From Antedon mediterranea (taxonomy: Eukaryota > Animalia > Echinodermata): a stretch of DNA of 64,000 nt. Below, one piece after another: positions 1 to 13,309 of the stretch; within the stretch, counting starts at the first letter, position 1; the number at the start of each line of letters is the position of its first letter. The notes under the pieces are model-generated. The model searched no databases, was not told the origin of the DNA, and saw nothing but the letters and a program-made list of their open reading frames with translations. Where the stretch lies: NCBI RefSeq assembly GCF_964355755.1, contig NC_092672.1, positions 27,968,437 through 28,032,436 on the forward strand. Direction: 5' to 3'. Both the position numbers and the translations under genes were made by a program.

Positions 1-222
1 TAAATGTATACATTTTTCAACTAAATTAAAATAACTCTAGAGGCCAGTAAAATAATGAACTTAATTTCAGAAGGACCTTGTAAAATGAAACTTGTACTAA
101 CTCTTGATGTAACTCATTAAGTATCTGTACTACTGTGTATATCTTATTAATGTTACTTAATAAGATGTGTACTTATAATCATTATTTATTGGAATAAAGT
201 ACATGTCAAATTTTACACTTAC

Positions 223-351
223 CACCACAGTTTTCTTCATCTGAATAGTCACCACAGTCAAAGAATTCGTCACAGATATATACTTCATCGATGCATTCAA
301 AATCTCGCAAACAGCGGAATTGATTATCACCACAAACATTTGGTGGAAGAT
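223..351 (-). CDS. HSPG2: Perlecan-like gene, single LDL-receptor class A exon (last exon in window; gene continues off left edge)
   Basis: TTCAG|...|GTAAGT, 129 nt, phase 1-1; translates (D)LPPNVCGDNQFRCLRDFECIDEVYICDEFFDCGDYSDEENCG, a canonical 6-Cys LDLa with DCxDxSDE. Confidence 0.85.
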
Positions 352-2857
352 CTGAAGATTATTATTACAAGTAATTTATTTAATTATTATAATATTTAAA
401 AATCAAATGATGATTATATAAATGCATGATGATAAAAAGACAAACAATTATTTAAAAAAAGTTATTATGTTAGTAAATTAATTGTGACCATAAAAAGATA
501 ATAAACAACTATGACATTGGAAGATGAAAAAAATCATCTGATTGGTTAGTAGCCGGAGTATGTTTTTTCTATGTCTATGTGAAGAAATTGAAAAACCAAT
601 CTTAACACATGTTCCGATTTTTGTAAATATAATTTGTTAATAGAAAACAGGCTTTAGACCTTACTTGGTCAAACTGACCATTTGAGTTTTTAGCCTGACT
701 GAAAAAAGTCCAGTGCTATTATTGAGGAAACATGTTTTTTAGGATGGAGTCGATGGACAATGCAAACATAAAATCTTGGGAAACTTACTTTTCCCAAGGA
801 TTTGACAACTTTTCATAATTATCTTCCGGGTTTAAAACTAGGAAACATCGATAATTGTACTACTACCTATAGGGATAATTGTACTATTACCGATAGGTTA
901 AGTAAGGATTTGTCAAAAACATTTTTTTGTAAAACATCAATAAACAATCACATTAAATCAATTATGAGAATTACAGAATGTCATAATGTAGACAATTGGA
1001 ATCTGGAAGACCTTGGAAAGCTTTTCAAGTTCAACTTAATTATCACAGTTTGAATGATAGAATAGATTACATTTGAGTGAGAAACCAGAAGGCCTACGAA
1101 ATCAAGACAGGATTCCAGAATTGTATTTGATACTGGAGCCATGTATTGCGTGATAAGGTACAACCAATATTGTAAATTACAATGTTATGATTTAAATTCT
1201 AAAAACAGATGTAAATGAACATTGAAATATATATGATGAAAGAAAAGAAGAAAAAAAGAGTAGATGTAATGAAATAAAAGAAATGGGAATAACAGGTTTG
1301 AGAAAAATTTACGATGAGCAAGGGGTTCCAAATGATGTTGGTTCAGCAGAAGGCCAGTCATATTTCATATTGATGGGGTCATCTTTCATATTGATGGGTC
1401 ATGATTTATAATCATAAAATTCTCATTAGTACATTTTCAGGATGCCATGGTGGGAAATATGAATAAAATTTATATAAGTTATTTCTAAATATAAACCAAT
1501 AAATAAATTTGTATAACAAAAATTACTGTATTTAAACTCTGGCAGCCAAATGATTTTTGAAATGTTAATTTTGTTATCTCATTTTCTGAAACTTAATTGT
1601 ACATTATTTTTCAGTTTTAAAATTAAATTTTTTATCAGGTATGTTTCTATATCATAACCAGCGTATGCAAGCATTTGTTTATTCTAAATAATCCGTAAAA
1701 ACCTATCTTTTAATGAGTATAAAATTTAAAATTGTTGATTGTTAGGACATTTCCATATTTGTGTGCATACAGTACTTATTTGATAGGTAGGTGCTGTAGG
1801 TAGGTAGGATTTACAAGATCTTTTTAACTTTGTAAGATAAATGCCAAAAGATGATGATACAGATTTACTGAGAAACCATATAAATATAATAAATTGATTT
1901 ATAACTATGAAAGGTGGAGGATGGGGTCAATGTGTTATGATTTACAGACAAAATACCAAGAATGAAAGAACAGTAAAAAGTAATGATTTAAATTAATTAG
2001 TTTCAGTTGATTGATGACAACAAAATAGAAAAAAAAATTGTGCATGTTTGTTTGCAGCCAGGGTTGTTACAGGGGGTACTTTTCGCCCCCAATGGGGAGG
2101 GGAAACTATATCTACTCTGCAAGCACTGTGGACTGTATTGAACCACTGATTAATATCAATTTTTTTTCTAAATTGTTTTAGGCCAATACTATGATGAAAT
2201 TTATCTTTAGAAGATGTTTCAATCCTCTCGAATGTACATCCAATCCTCCGTAAAGTTAACAATAATACAAATTACTTTAACTGAAAATATTAATTTGTTT
2301 TCGGAAGCTATAATATTAAATTTATATTATTATGCTTTCTTATTGTTGTTGATAACGATAAGAGAAATTGACGTTGATGGAGAATAATCAGATTTATCAA
2401 CAATAATGTCAGATTTTGATTTCAGAAACCAATATCAACAATGTTTTCTTAAGGATAATCTGCTTCTTATTGTAGATTATGACGAATTCAATTGAGAAAA
2501 AGTCTCCAGAGGAACGAAGTTAATGAGCATTATTAGTAATTCTTGCCAGCTGAACTACAATTCTCCAAAGGTTAATGACTCAAAAGTTGGTAAAAACTTT
2601 ACAATAGCAGCAAACAAAACCATAATGTTCACACAATAACATGAACACTGTTTTCACGAGTTGAGTTGAGTTGAAAGATGTACTGGAGGCCTATTTGCCG
2701 GTAAACGCAGCAACATAACATAACATGTTTTGCGTTAGTTCAATGCGTAAACATTACTGGTATTTTATTCTTAAAAAGAGGTGAAAAATAAATGGTTGTT
2801 CAATTTAGGGGGAGGGGAGCTAAAGCCTGTTTATCTCCGTCTAAATCCGTGCCCGGT

Positions 2858-3025
2858 TGAGAGAGAAGGAGGAAGAAGGGAGAGGGGAAGAGAGGGAGGA
2901 AGGGTGAGAAAGGAAGAAAAGAAAGGGGGGGGGGGATAAAGGAAAGGAGTAGAAAGAGGTGAGGAAGTAAAAGGTGAAGAAAGAGAGGGGGCGAGAGAAA
3001 GTGGGAGGGTAAGGGAGAGGGGAAG
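2858..3025. repeat. Polypurine (GA-rich) low-complexity tract
   Basis: Almost pure G/A on + strand including a long G run; the overlapping Pro/Leu/Phe/Ser-rich ORFs are by-products. Confidence 0.85.
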
Positions 3026-4736
3026 CATATGCACAGTAGTATTATACTCCCTAGATTGATTGTCGGGTTTGTATATAAGATTATTAACTGTGACAACTAT
3101 ACAGGATGACGGCCCACTGAATTAAGACTTAAGTATTTATTATGAGACTTGGCGACTATTTCCAGTCACTAATAAAAAAAATTAGTAATAGATTAAGAAT
3201 TCAACATAGGGCCCTGGAAGAAATGTAAGCATCTGCATTCCACTACTGGATCATTGCAGGGGTGAAGCTTTTATGTGCTAGATAAAAATTAAGATCTACC
3301 ATGCCAAACAACATTAATGTAACTGTATTGTTCTACATTAAACAGCACCTTCATTTAATGTGCGACTACATACTAAATGCTTGTTAAAATTAAGATTTAC
3401 TTTGTGAGAAATATATTCACTGATCAATCACAGAAATAAGCTTCCAAAACAAGGAGCAAAGAACTGAATAATGGGTCATTTAAAGAATACAGAGGGGGTT
3501 ACACAAGGCTACCTGCCCTGGGGTATGTACTGTATTATAGTACAACAGCACAGTTCTTAGTTCAGTTTTATTTACAGAACATAACAATGATCAATTATTA
3601 TACTTTATTTGCTTTCAAACACCTATTTTACCTGCGTTTAGGGGTTATAAAAACAACAAATGAACTACAGGTAATGTCAGAATGTATAAAAAGAAGCAAA
3701 TAGTGTTTATATAGCTTGAGGTACAAAAAATCAATAATTAACAAATTTAGAAAGATACAGCTACCCACTTTCCATCCCATCATGCCTTCATTGGTTGGCA
3801 CTGTATTACTTAAAATTAAGTATTTTGACTAAAGAATCAAAACATTCTTCAGAAATTTTACTTACCAAATATGGGAATATCTGTCCTTAAAAAAATATTA
3901 GAATTATAAGAAAATCATAAAAATGAAAGTTGTATTAAAAGAATATGAAAATACTTAATTTTATTACATTTTAAGTAGTGACGTTATGGATGATGAAAGT
4001 GGATTACATGTTAGGTTGGTTAGCTGATGACTACAAAAACACAGTGCTAAAAAACTATTTGGATAGTGAGGTTAGAACTGTGTTTCTAGGTGTATGATGA
4101 ACAAATAAGTGCCATATAAAGCCTTATAAAATCTTTTAGGCATCGTTTTATTGGAAAAGCTTTGCGAGCAAGTCCGGTAATACTGCTGTGACGTAGGGGT
4201 ACGTCTGTAGGTGTTTTTAACCTACTCAAATTAGGCATAGTGTCGTCAGCAAAAGTCTGGCCAAATTAAAAACTTAAGAAATGAGAAAGAACAATTTTTC
4301 TATTGCTCATCTTTTTACGAATGTATTATTTGTGACAAAAAAATTAAAATTTTATGAAATTGTGTATGGATAATGATAAAACAAAAATATGATAACAAAT
4401 AGGTCTATCTTCTATTATTAAAGAACATTTAACATTCAAAATACCATAAACGTGATTAAAAATTTTGATTCTAGTTTATCAGTGAAATTGGTATTTTGAA
4501 TAGTCTCTACTGTTTGCGAAGCGAAAAATTATGCAACCAATCAGAGATAAGGAAATGAGTTTGTCACGTATTGTTGATCACTTATGCGAATCAAAAAGCT
4601 CAGCAAATAAAATGAAAATCACAGCTATTCACTTTCAACGATTAATTCTCTGCGAACAAATTTGCCTAGTAAAAACTGGCTTAAAAAGAATTAGCTTGGT
4701 TTTAGATGGCGCTTGTTTGCTCATTTTTTATTCTAA

Positions 4737-4873
4737 AGCTCTATCTACACTATCAAACTAGTTTGACAAAAAAAGTGGAATGTGCCCAAATATGGTAGTG
4801 ATATGCTTAAATATGGTACTGATATGACATCACATTTTTTTGTCACATAAAGTTTGATAGTGTAGACAGAGTT
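4737..4873. mobile_element. Small MITE, PIF/Harbinger-like (TAA TSD)
   Basis: TAA|AGCTCTATCTACACTATCAAACT...AGTTTGATAGTGTAGACAGAGTT|TAA; related copies at 17380-17544 and (partial) 7152-7262. Confidence 0.75.
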
Positions 4874-4913
4874 TAATAAAAGCAAAGGAAGGATAGTCTA
4901 TTCATGCACTAAC

Positions 4914-5291
4914 CGCAGGAATCTTCATCACTAGAATCAGCACAATCATATTTGCCATCACAACGTTCATTGTTTGGACGACACTCGCCATTGGCACAAC
5001 TAAACTCATAAATCTTACATGTTGTTGTCGGTTGGCAATTTATCTCGTCGGATCCGTCGGAACAGTCATTAAATCCATCGCATCTCAGGCTGCCGGAGAT
5101 ACATATTTGCGTTTCGCAGACAAATGAACCCGGTATAGAACACGAACAAGATTGTTCATCATCTCCATTCGGGCAATCTCTGTTGCCATTGCATATTTGG
5201 GATGAGTCTAAACAGTTTCCGTTTGAGCAGTAGAACTGCGCGTCACCGCGACAAGGTCTAGGCTGAGCAGTTGTGGATGTTGCAACAGAAG
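4914..5291 (-). CDS. HSPG2: Perlecan-like gene, 3xLDLa exon, duplicate copy A
   Basis: TTTCTTTTAG|CTTCTGTT...TCCTGCG|GTTAGT, 378 nt, phase 1-1; three 6-Cys LDLa modules (CRGDAQFYC..DDEQSC, CSIPGSFVC..SDEINC, CKIYEFSC..SDEDSC). Confidence 0.85.
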
Positions 5292-6399
5292 CTAAAAGAA
5301 ATGCAAAAAAATATAGTTCACAAACTTGAAAAACGCAGGACATGATGTAAGCCTAGCTTCTACACAAGCAACTACTGAACTCCACCAAATCTGTGTCAGT
5401 CAGAAAAAACTTTGCAGTTGTTACATTCTCTTTAACTGGAATAGTCAATTCATTTACAGGGGAACCTTACAATGCTTAACTAACAGACTAACACAGAGGA
5501 TAGAACTATTACCAAAATGCAGCAACACTAAGAAATGTTGATGGTAATCCATAGTTTGATAAAATGATTAAAAAAAAAAGCATAAATTTAACATGTTAAT
5601 CTAAAAAATACATAATTTAAAAAAAAGCTAAATTATATTTGTTATATATTATATATTATATTAGTACTTTCAATGAATTTTGAAATTCAATAAATATAAA
5701 CAAAATAAGTTTTTTAACCTACATTACAAATGTTTAAATTTTTTTTAAATAAATTTTAAACCATTTTTCTAAAAAAAGCCTACTACTACTACTACTACTA
5801 ATGAAACATCCCTTCTAGTCTACTTGGAATGTTCCATTGCAAAGTGACCTGAAAGAGTTTGGGTTACAAAGCCCTTAGGGAAAGCCATCAATAGGCCTAA
5901 ATGATAGGGATATCGTTGACATTTTTTGACAAATAGTTAAAGAAATGCTTTAACATTCAAGAACAATTCCAAAGTGCTTTGAAAACAACTAATTATAAAT
6001 AAATAAGTCCTATATTTCAAAGTTGAGATTTAAAAAAAAACATTAACATATAGAGGGCAGTATTACTGAAAACATAAATTTCATATTTAAGATTTTTAAG
6101 ACTCCAATATTGTAATCTTGACAATCAGTATAAACATGAGGTACGTATATCCAAGCGGCAGCCCGGCCATCCAACTCTACCAATAAATATACAAATGCTC
6201 CAATAATATCTAGGCCTACAATCTTACACCATCATCTGATAAGTGGATAGCTGTTAAGACAGTGGAACCATAATTTAAGCGACGTCACTGTATATCCAGT
6301 ATTGATCGTTGCGTACTATATGATCAATCACAACCACTGCTTGTGTTAATAATTCTGGATATTTATATAGCGCTCTATAACCACAACAATAACCCTCTT

Positions 6400-6635
6400 C
6401 TTTCCTAAGGCCCCCTCATGTCGTTCCTGCCAACTATGGCGCTAATTCATCTGTCCATGACCGTGGCTGTGCGAGGTAGTACTCCGGGGTAACCCCCTGT
6501 TCCTTGTAATAGGTTCTTTAAAGTGCACACAAGCATTTTTATCCAAGAATACCAAAAGAACCATTGAGTGAGTAAGCCGCGACCCTTTGCCAAAAGGCTA
6601 GAATTACAGTTGTCGGCCACTCACTCGCTCCAGGT
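6400..6635 (-). mobile_element. Deu-domain-like SINE remnant (duplicated at ~8790-9025)
   Basis: Reverse complement contains CTTGTGTGCACTTTAAAGAACC...GGGGTTACCCCGGAGTACTA, matching the copy at 27918-28150. Confidence 0.55.
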
Positions 6636-6834
6636 TCAAACATTTTCTGATGTTCTGATTTTTTTTTTCTCACAACATAAACAATTCCACTCCTGAAGAC
6701 TTGTTATGACTCTGATAAAAATAAATGTTCATAAACTTTTGCATGTGAATTTCCATGACTTTTATGTTCAGGTAAAATTGTGTAGTAAAATGAAATAATT
6801 ATTAGAATGGTTTCACCTTTCCATGACTTTTTAA

Positions 6835-7151
6835 CACTTTGACTGCCAAACACGAATTTCTTCGTATTTGGAAACACAACACTTGACTGCCAAACATGAA
6901 GATCTTCGTGTTTCACGTTTTTTTATGAAATCCAGTACATAAGTAATTTATTGGTATATACTATAAATATTGACACTATATTCGGTCAATACCGTCAGTA
7001 TTTTACTATTTGAAAGTAACTAATCTAGTTACGAACAGCTGTCAAAATGGTACCTGTCGAAATAACATACACCGCGCATCACAGTAGCACGTAGAGCATT
7101 GTGTATCGGTCGTGCGCTAGCTATGCCTCCAAAGCATTAAAAAGGTTTTTG
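6835..7151 (+). mobile_element. Truncated copy of TTAA-flanked MITE family (cut by the duplication breakpoint)
   Basis: TTAA|CACTTTGACTGCCAAACACG start identical to copies at 9251 and 40834. Confidence 0.85.
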
Positions 7152-7302
7152 TTGACAAAAAAAGTGGAATGTGCCCAAATATGGTAGTGATATACTTAAA
7201 TATGGTACTGATATGACATCACATTTTTTTGTCACATAAAGTTTGATAGTGTAGACAGAGTTTAATAAAAGCAAAGGAAGGATAGTCTATTCATGCACTA
7301 AC

Positions 7303-7680
7303 CGCAGGAATCTTCATCACTAGAATCAGCACAATCATATTTGCCATCACAACGTTCATTGTTTGGACGACACTCGCCATTGGCACAACTAAACTCATAA
7401 ATCTTACATGTTGTTGTCGGTTGGCAATTTATCTCGTCGGATCCGTCGGAACAGTCATTAAATCCATCGCATCTCAGGCTGCCGGAGATACATATTTGCG
7501 TTTCGCAGACAAATGAACCCGGTATAGAACACGAACAAGATTGTTCATCATCTCCGTTCGGGCAATCTCTGTAGCCATCGCATACTTGGAATGAGTCTAA
7601 ACAGTTTCCGTTTGAGCAGTAGAACTGCGCGTCACCGCGACAAGGTCTAGGCTGAGCAGTTGTGGATGTTGCAACAGAAG
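7303..7680 (-). CDS. HSPG2: Perlecan-like gene, 3xLDLa exon, duplicate copy B
   Basis: Same splice sites and length (378 nt, phase 1-1) as copy A; phase fits preceding SEA2 exon. Confidence 0.88.
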
Positions 7681-9250
7681 CTAAAAGAAATGCAAAAAAA
7701 TATAGTTCACAAACTTGAAAAACGCGGGACATGATGTAAGCCTAGCTTCTACACAAGCAACTACTGAACTCCACAAAATCTGTGTCAGTCAGAAAAAACT
7801 TTGCAGTTGTTACATTCTCTTTAATTGGAATAGTCAATTCATTTACAGGGGAAACTTACAATGCTTAAATAACAGACTAACACAGAGGATAGAACTATTA
7901 CCAAAATGCAGAAACACTAAGAAATGTTGATGGTAATCCATAGTTTGATAAAATGATTAAAAAAAAAGCATAAATTTAACATGTTAATCTAAAAAATACA
8001 TAATTTAAAAAAAAAGCTAAATTATATTTGTTATATATTATATATTATATTAGTACTTTCAATGAATTTTTAAATTCAATAAATATAAAAAAAATAAGTT
8101 TTTTAACCTACATTACAAATGTTTAAATTTTTTTAAAATAAATTTAAAACCATTTTTCTAAAAAAAGCCTACTACTACTACTACTACTACTAATGAAACA
8201 TCCCTTCTAGTCTACTTGGAATGTTCCATTGCAAAGTGACCTGAAAGAGTTTGGGTTACAAAGCCCTTAGGGAAAGCCATCAATAGGCCTAAATGATAGG
8301 GATATCGTTGACATTTTTTTTAAATAGTTAAAGAAATGCTTTAACATTCAAGAACAATTCCAAAGTGCTTTGAAAACAACTAATTATAAATATAAGTACA
8401 GTACTATATTTCAAAGTTGAGATTTAAATAAAAACATTAACATATAGAGGGCAGTATTACTGAAAACATAAATTTCATATTTAAGATTTTAAGACTCCAA
8501 TATTGTAATGTTGACAATCAGTATAAACATGAGGTACGTATATCCAAGCGGCAGCCCGGCCATCCAACTCTACCAATAAATATACAAATGCTCCAATAAT
8601 ATCTAGGCCTACAATCTTACACCATCATCTGATAAGTGGATGAGCTGTTAAGACAGTGGAACCATAATTTAAGCGACGTCACTGTATATCCAGTATTGAT
8701 CGTTGCGTACTATATGATCAATCACAACCACTGCTTGTGTTAATAATTCAGGATATTTATATAGCGCTCTATAACCACAACAATAACCCTCTTCTTTCCT
8801 AAGGGCCCCCTCATGTCGTTCCTGCCAACTATGGCGCTAATTCATCTGTCCATGACAGTGGCTGTGCGAGGTAGTACTCCGGGGTAAGCCCTGTTCCTTG
8901 TAATAGGTTCTTTAAAGTGCACACAAGCATTTTTTTAAAGAATACCAAAAGAACTATTGAGTGAGTAAGCCGCGACCCTTTGCCAAAAGGCTAGAATTAC
9001 AGTTGTCGGCCACTCACTCGCTCCAGGTTCAAACATTTTCTGATGTTCTGATTTTTTTTTTCTCACAACATAAACAATTCCACTCCTGAAGACTTGTTAT
9101 GACTTTGATAAAAATAAATGTTCATAAACTTTTGCATGTGAGTTTCCATGACTTTTGTGTTTAGGTAAAATTGTGTAGTAAAATGAAATAATTATTAGAA
9201 TAGTGTCCAATGAAAAAGCAAATTGTTTTCACCTTTCCATGACTTTTTAA

Positions 9251-10344
9251 CACTTTGACTGCCAAACACGAATTTCTTCGTATTTGGAAACACAACGCTT
9301 GACTGCCAAACATGAAGATCTTCGTCTTTCACGTTTTTTTACGAAATCCAGTAGATAAGTTATTTATTGGTATATACTATAAATATTGACACTATATTCG
9401 GTCAATACCGTCAGTATTTTACTATTTGAAAGTAACTAATCTAGTTACGAACAGCTGTCAAAATGGTACCTGTCAAAATAACATACACCGCGCATCACAG
9501 TAGCACGTAGAGCGATGGCTGGGCGCATTGTGTATCGGTCGTGCGCTAGCTATGCCTCCAAAAGCATTAAAAAGGTTTTTGTGAATTGGCATGTTTGTTT
9601 GTTATCTAAATAAAAAATAATTGCGTCATTTCCAATATGAAGTCTTTAATTTTATTATTGTATGTATACCCTAATTGTTTTGGTGTTTCACTGCAAGTGA
9701 CCGAGTTTTAGGCAACAAACTTGTTTAGAAATGGTATGGATATTATCATCAGTTAACTAGGCCTAGCCCTAGCCCTAGTTTTATCTAAATAAAAAATAAT
9801 TGCGTCATTTCCAATATGAAGTCTTTAATTTTATTATTGTATGTATACCCTAATTGTTTTGGTGTTTCACTGCAAGTGACCGAGTTTTAGGCAACAAACT
9901 TGTTTAGAAATGGTATGGATATTATCATCAGTTAACTAGGCCTAGCCCTAGTAGTAGGCTAGGCCTAGTCGTAAAACGGTTCCTGACCAAATTTAGGCCT
10001 AGTTAACTATGCCTGGTGTCTTTACTATGTGGATTTTGGCGAAACATTGTAATACATTTTTCGATAGTGATAACTTGTTTTTATAGGCCTATCGGTGCTG
10101 TGTAAGAAACTTTTTTGTTGTTTGTTGATCTCACCGGGCGATATTTTCATATTGTGATGTCTTGCACAAAATCGCGAATATCTCGACTTTCTTGCGCGTC
10201 TTCTTGGTACCATTGTAAAGTTAAAATCTTTATGATTATTTTAGTCTAAATTACATATAAATCAGATCACATACATAGTTTCAATCAGCTTTAATAAAAA
10301 CATTGAATTGGGCTAAAAACGCTGGCGGTGGCAGTTTCTAACTG
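9251..10344 (+). mobile_element. ~1 kb TTAA-flanked MITE (piggyBac-like), right end truncated, with internal ~179 bp tandem duplication (9602-9950)
   Basis: TTAA|CACTTTGACTGCCA; colinear with 40834-43904 and inverted 46255-47269. Confidence 0.85.
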
Positions 10345-10434
10345 TTAATGAAAATCACATTTTACATGACTGGAAAGTAGTGAGATTACGTGATTTTCCA
10401 GTTTTTACCAGTAACAAATAGAAATATCACTTAC

Positions 10435-10604
10435 ATGTTTCTCCATCTCCAAGTGTATTGAATGTAAGTGATTCTGGTTCCACTTGCAAGTTGCCAAGTG
10501 AACCGGAACTGATGACCGAGAAAAGCGCTGTACGGATTTCAACACCATCATTGTTTTGTATACTAATTATGTCAAATGACGCTCTGATCGCACCATCCTC
10601 AACA
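10435..10604 (-). CDS. HSPG2: Perlecan-like gene, SEA module 2, third exon
   Basis: TTACAG|...|GTAAGT, 170 nt, phase 2-1; VEDGAIRASFDIISIQNNDGVEIRTALFSVISSGSLGNLQVEPESLTFNTLG resembles the perlecan SEA C-terminal half (VISSGS..P..F.F..LG). Confidence 0.88.
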
Positions 10605-11370
10605 CTGTAAGGTATAAAAATTGTTATTAATTTTTAAAAAGTTTTTGGAGTTACTGAATTTTTCCAACAAATGTATTACTAAGGAGTTGAGCAGTCACAG
10701 ATGGAGCCCTCTACAGGTTGGTTTGCGGTCACAAAATAATATGTACACGCTTAACAGCATCACATTTTTTTTTACAAAATCTGATCATGCAATAGTACAT
10801 TTAATAATTGAAATGAGAGAAAATAATGCATGCCATGTGATCAAAAATCAACCAATCAAATGACAAGGATATACAAAAAAGTTGGCTTACTTTATGCTAT
10901 GATTACATTACAAAATATTTTATTGTTTCACATTGAATAATGTATATATGGCTTTTGATATATTACAAAAAATAATTAATGTTTATATGCAATTGTACAA
11001 ATAATTTCATGAGGTGAAAGATTAAATGTTCTATTTCACCATGTTTTATAACAACTATTTTTAACTAGGTCAGTGCTCCAATTTTGAATGCTGAGTAAAC
11101 AATTTCAGACGGCACAACAGTCAACAGCCTAGTCTTGTGTCGCGCATTTATGCTCTTGTGTAACAAGATTTAACACACAGCACAAACCGAGAGTCAACAG
11201 GAATCCGACGAAATTCAATGGCCATATACCAAAATTACCATAAGTGATGCAAGTATTCAATAGAGTAGTTATTGCATATCATGTGAGCCACAATCCTCCA
11301 ATCAAAGAATCTATGTAAGTGTGTTATAATGATTATTGTACGTAAAACAACCGTAAACATGTTAACTTAC

Positions 11371-11429
11371 ATCAAGGTAAGACCATTGATTTCTTGTCTT
11401 CCTGATATACTTTGATAGATGTAAAAAAG
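11371..11429 (-). CDS. HSPG2: Perlecan-like gene, SEA module 2, second exon
   Basis: TTTTTAAAG|CTT...AT|GTAAGT, 59 nt, phase 0-2; LFYIYQSISGRQEINGLTL; same size and phase as 18310-18368. Confidence 0.8.
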
Positions 11430-12277
11430 CTTTAAAAAAAATGGAAACAAAATTAGTAACATTTCTAATACCAAATTATGAATTGTAAATAATCATATTT
11501 TAAAACAAAGATTTTTTTTTTATTGTTTGTTTTATATACAGGGGATAGTGGACAATCAAACACAGAGTTTATTGCAGTGAATACTCATACACTTCTACAT
11601 TTGAAATCTGCATTTTCTAATAAGATAAAAGAGCTACTTAAAATAAGGGAACAAGAAGAAATTTGTAGAAAAATGGATGGAACAATAAGGTCATGAGATC
11701 TTTACGTTAATACTGTTTGCAAGCTGGCTGTGGTTGGCATAAAACGGACAAAAATCAATATCTAAAGGCCATAGCTCTTTGTTGGTGCCTTGTAAATTGT
11801 ACAGCCTGATTTTTCCTTCTACAGTGTTTTACAGATTTCCGATGACGGCTATTTAATTGCACCTGTATAATATATGTACAATATACTGTACATAGCATGT
11901 ATTGCATAAATATGCTATAACGGACGACAATAATCTGTAACTTAAAATTTGCCACCATATTACTTGACAAAAATAATAATAATAAAAGACGCCCTCAATA
12001 ACTAAGCATTTTGCTTAGGGAACTGTCTAAAAGGTGTCTACATTGAAACTAAAATAATACATTATTGCAGTAAAAATCATGGTTACTGCAGTAAATGCAG
12101 TAGAATTTTTACTCTTTATTTACCAAGATTTTTTTTGTATAATTATACACACGCTTTATTGCATTGACTGTGCCACATAAAAACCAAAATCATACGTTAT
12201 TCACTAAGAAATTGAGTTACTACAGTAACTGGAGTAAAATAATCTTTATATGTTTAATAGTATCTCAATTGCCTTAC

Positions 12278-12393
12278 TTGATTGTTTATTTCATCATAAA
12301 GGACATTATATTGTTGAGATCCTTCTTCTAATCCACCAGCAGAAATAGGGAAGTTGGTGATGATAAATGAAACCCTGTAATAAGCTACAATTG
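12278..12393 (-). CDS. HSPG2: Perlecan-like gene, SEA module 2, first exon
   Basis: TTTTTCCAG|...|GTAAGG, 116 nt, phase 1-0; IVAYYRVSFIITNFPISAGGLEEGSQQYNVLYDEINNQ. Confidence 0.85.
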
Positions 12394-13309
12394 CTGGAAA
12401 AAAAATTACAAAAACTAATTTACAAAAATTGTATTGGTAAAGAGATGTCATTAAATGGTATATTTGATATTTGAAACTATATTATTATAAAATGTCTGCA
12501 AAAACTGATATTTATTTCCAATAAAATCGGGGACATGTTTTTTTTTATGTTTTTATATTGTATCCATACTACAGTATTCTGTAAAGCTGTGTACTGTTCT
12601 ACTCTGCAGAGGCATAACACACAGGGAAAAGACCCTGGGTTTTGCAATCCAATGCTGGGTAGTGGGTAGTTGCATTGGACTCTTCATGCTCTGGGTCCCT
12701 GGCAGAGAGCACTCATAGCCATTATGCCACTCTCTCTCTCTCTGGGAGACTGTCACCCAGTCTTTTTTGGAGCTTTTGTTTTCTACAAAAGTGAAACTTC
12801 AAAATAATTCAAAGTCTGAAGCAAAAACAAAATACAGTAGAACCTTTGTTTTACATAACCTGATTTTACGTACGCCTAAAATAACCGATGACGTCATCAT
12901 TTTCTTACATTGAGGGCGCAATTTAACAACAAAAAAGCATAATAAAAATGGCTGTGTGAGGAATTCTGCTATGTGAGACAAGCTACACACGTGCATTCCC
13001 CCTACAGCAGTGACTGTTTTTATTGATAGAAAATACAAGAACATTGATATTTTAATTTACACTTTATTTAAACATCGGGATCAGGTGCCGTTTTCGGCCA
13101 CCTCGACTTATATGGATTATACCATTATTATGATAGGGGTGTGGTGTATTATGTTTTATGTAGAGAAGGGTGTCTATTGAATGGGAAGACAATACAATTG
13201 TTCTGTTATGTAACCTACAGTACAAACTACAAGGAACAATACAGAACATCAAAAACTAGCATGTTAAAAAGGCATGTTATTATTAGGTAGGCCTACTGTG
13301 TTAGGGAAT

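Larger units (their letters stand above)
4763..9581. repeat. Tandem segmental duplication, unit ~2.39 kb (copy A 4763-7151, copy B 7152-9581), containing a 3xLDLa exon
   Basis: Near-identical sequence at offset 2389 through exon, intron, SINE and MITE remnants; a few SNPs and small indels. Confidence 0.95.

Noticed and set aside
1312-1390. Possible linker exon (WPSAEPTSFGTPCSS) on minus strand
   Set aside because: No polypyrimidine acceptor, weak donor and incompatible end phase
2800-3096. Pro/Leu/Phe-rich ORFs
   Set aside because: Translation of a polypurine low-complexity tract
4909-5343. 144-aa ORFs (also 7298-7732) that look like standalone secreted 3xLDLa proteins with a signal peptide
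   Set aside because: The hydrophobic 'signal' (LYFFAFLL) is the translated polypyrimidine tract of a splice acceptor and the stop lies in the donor GTTAG; they are internal exons
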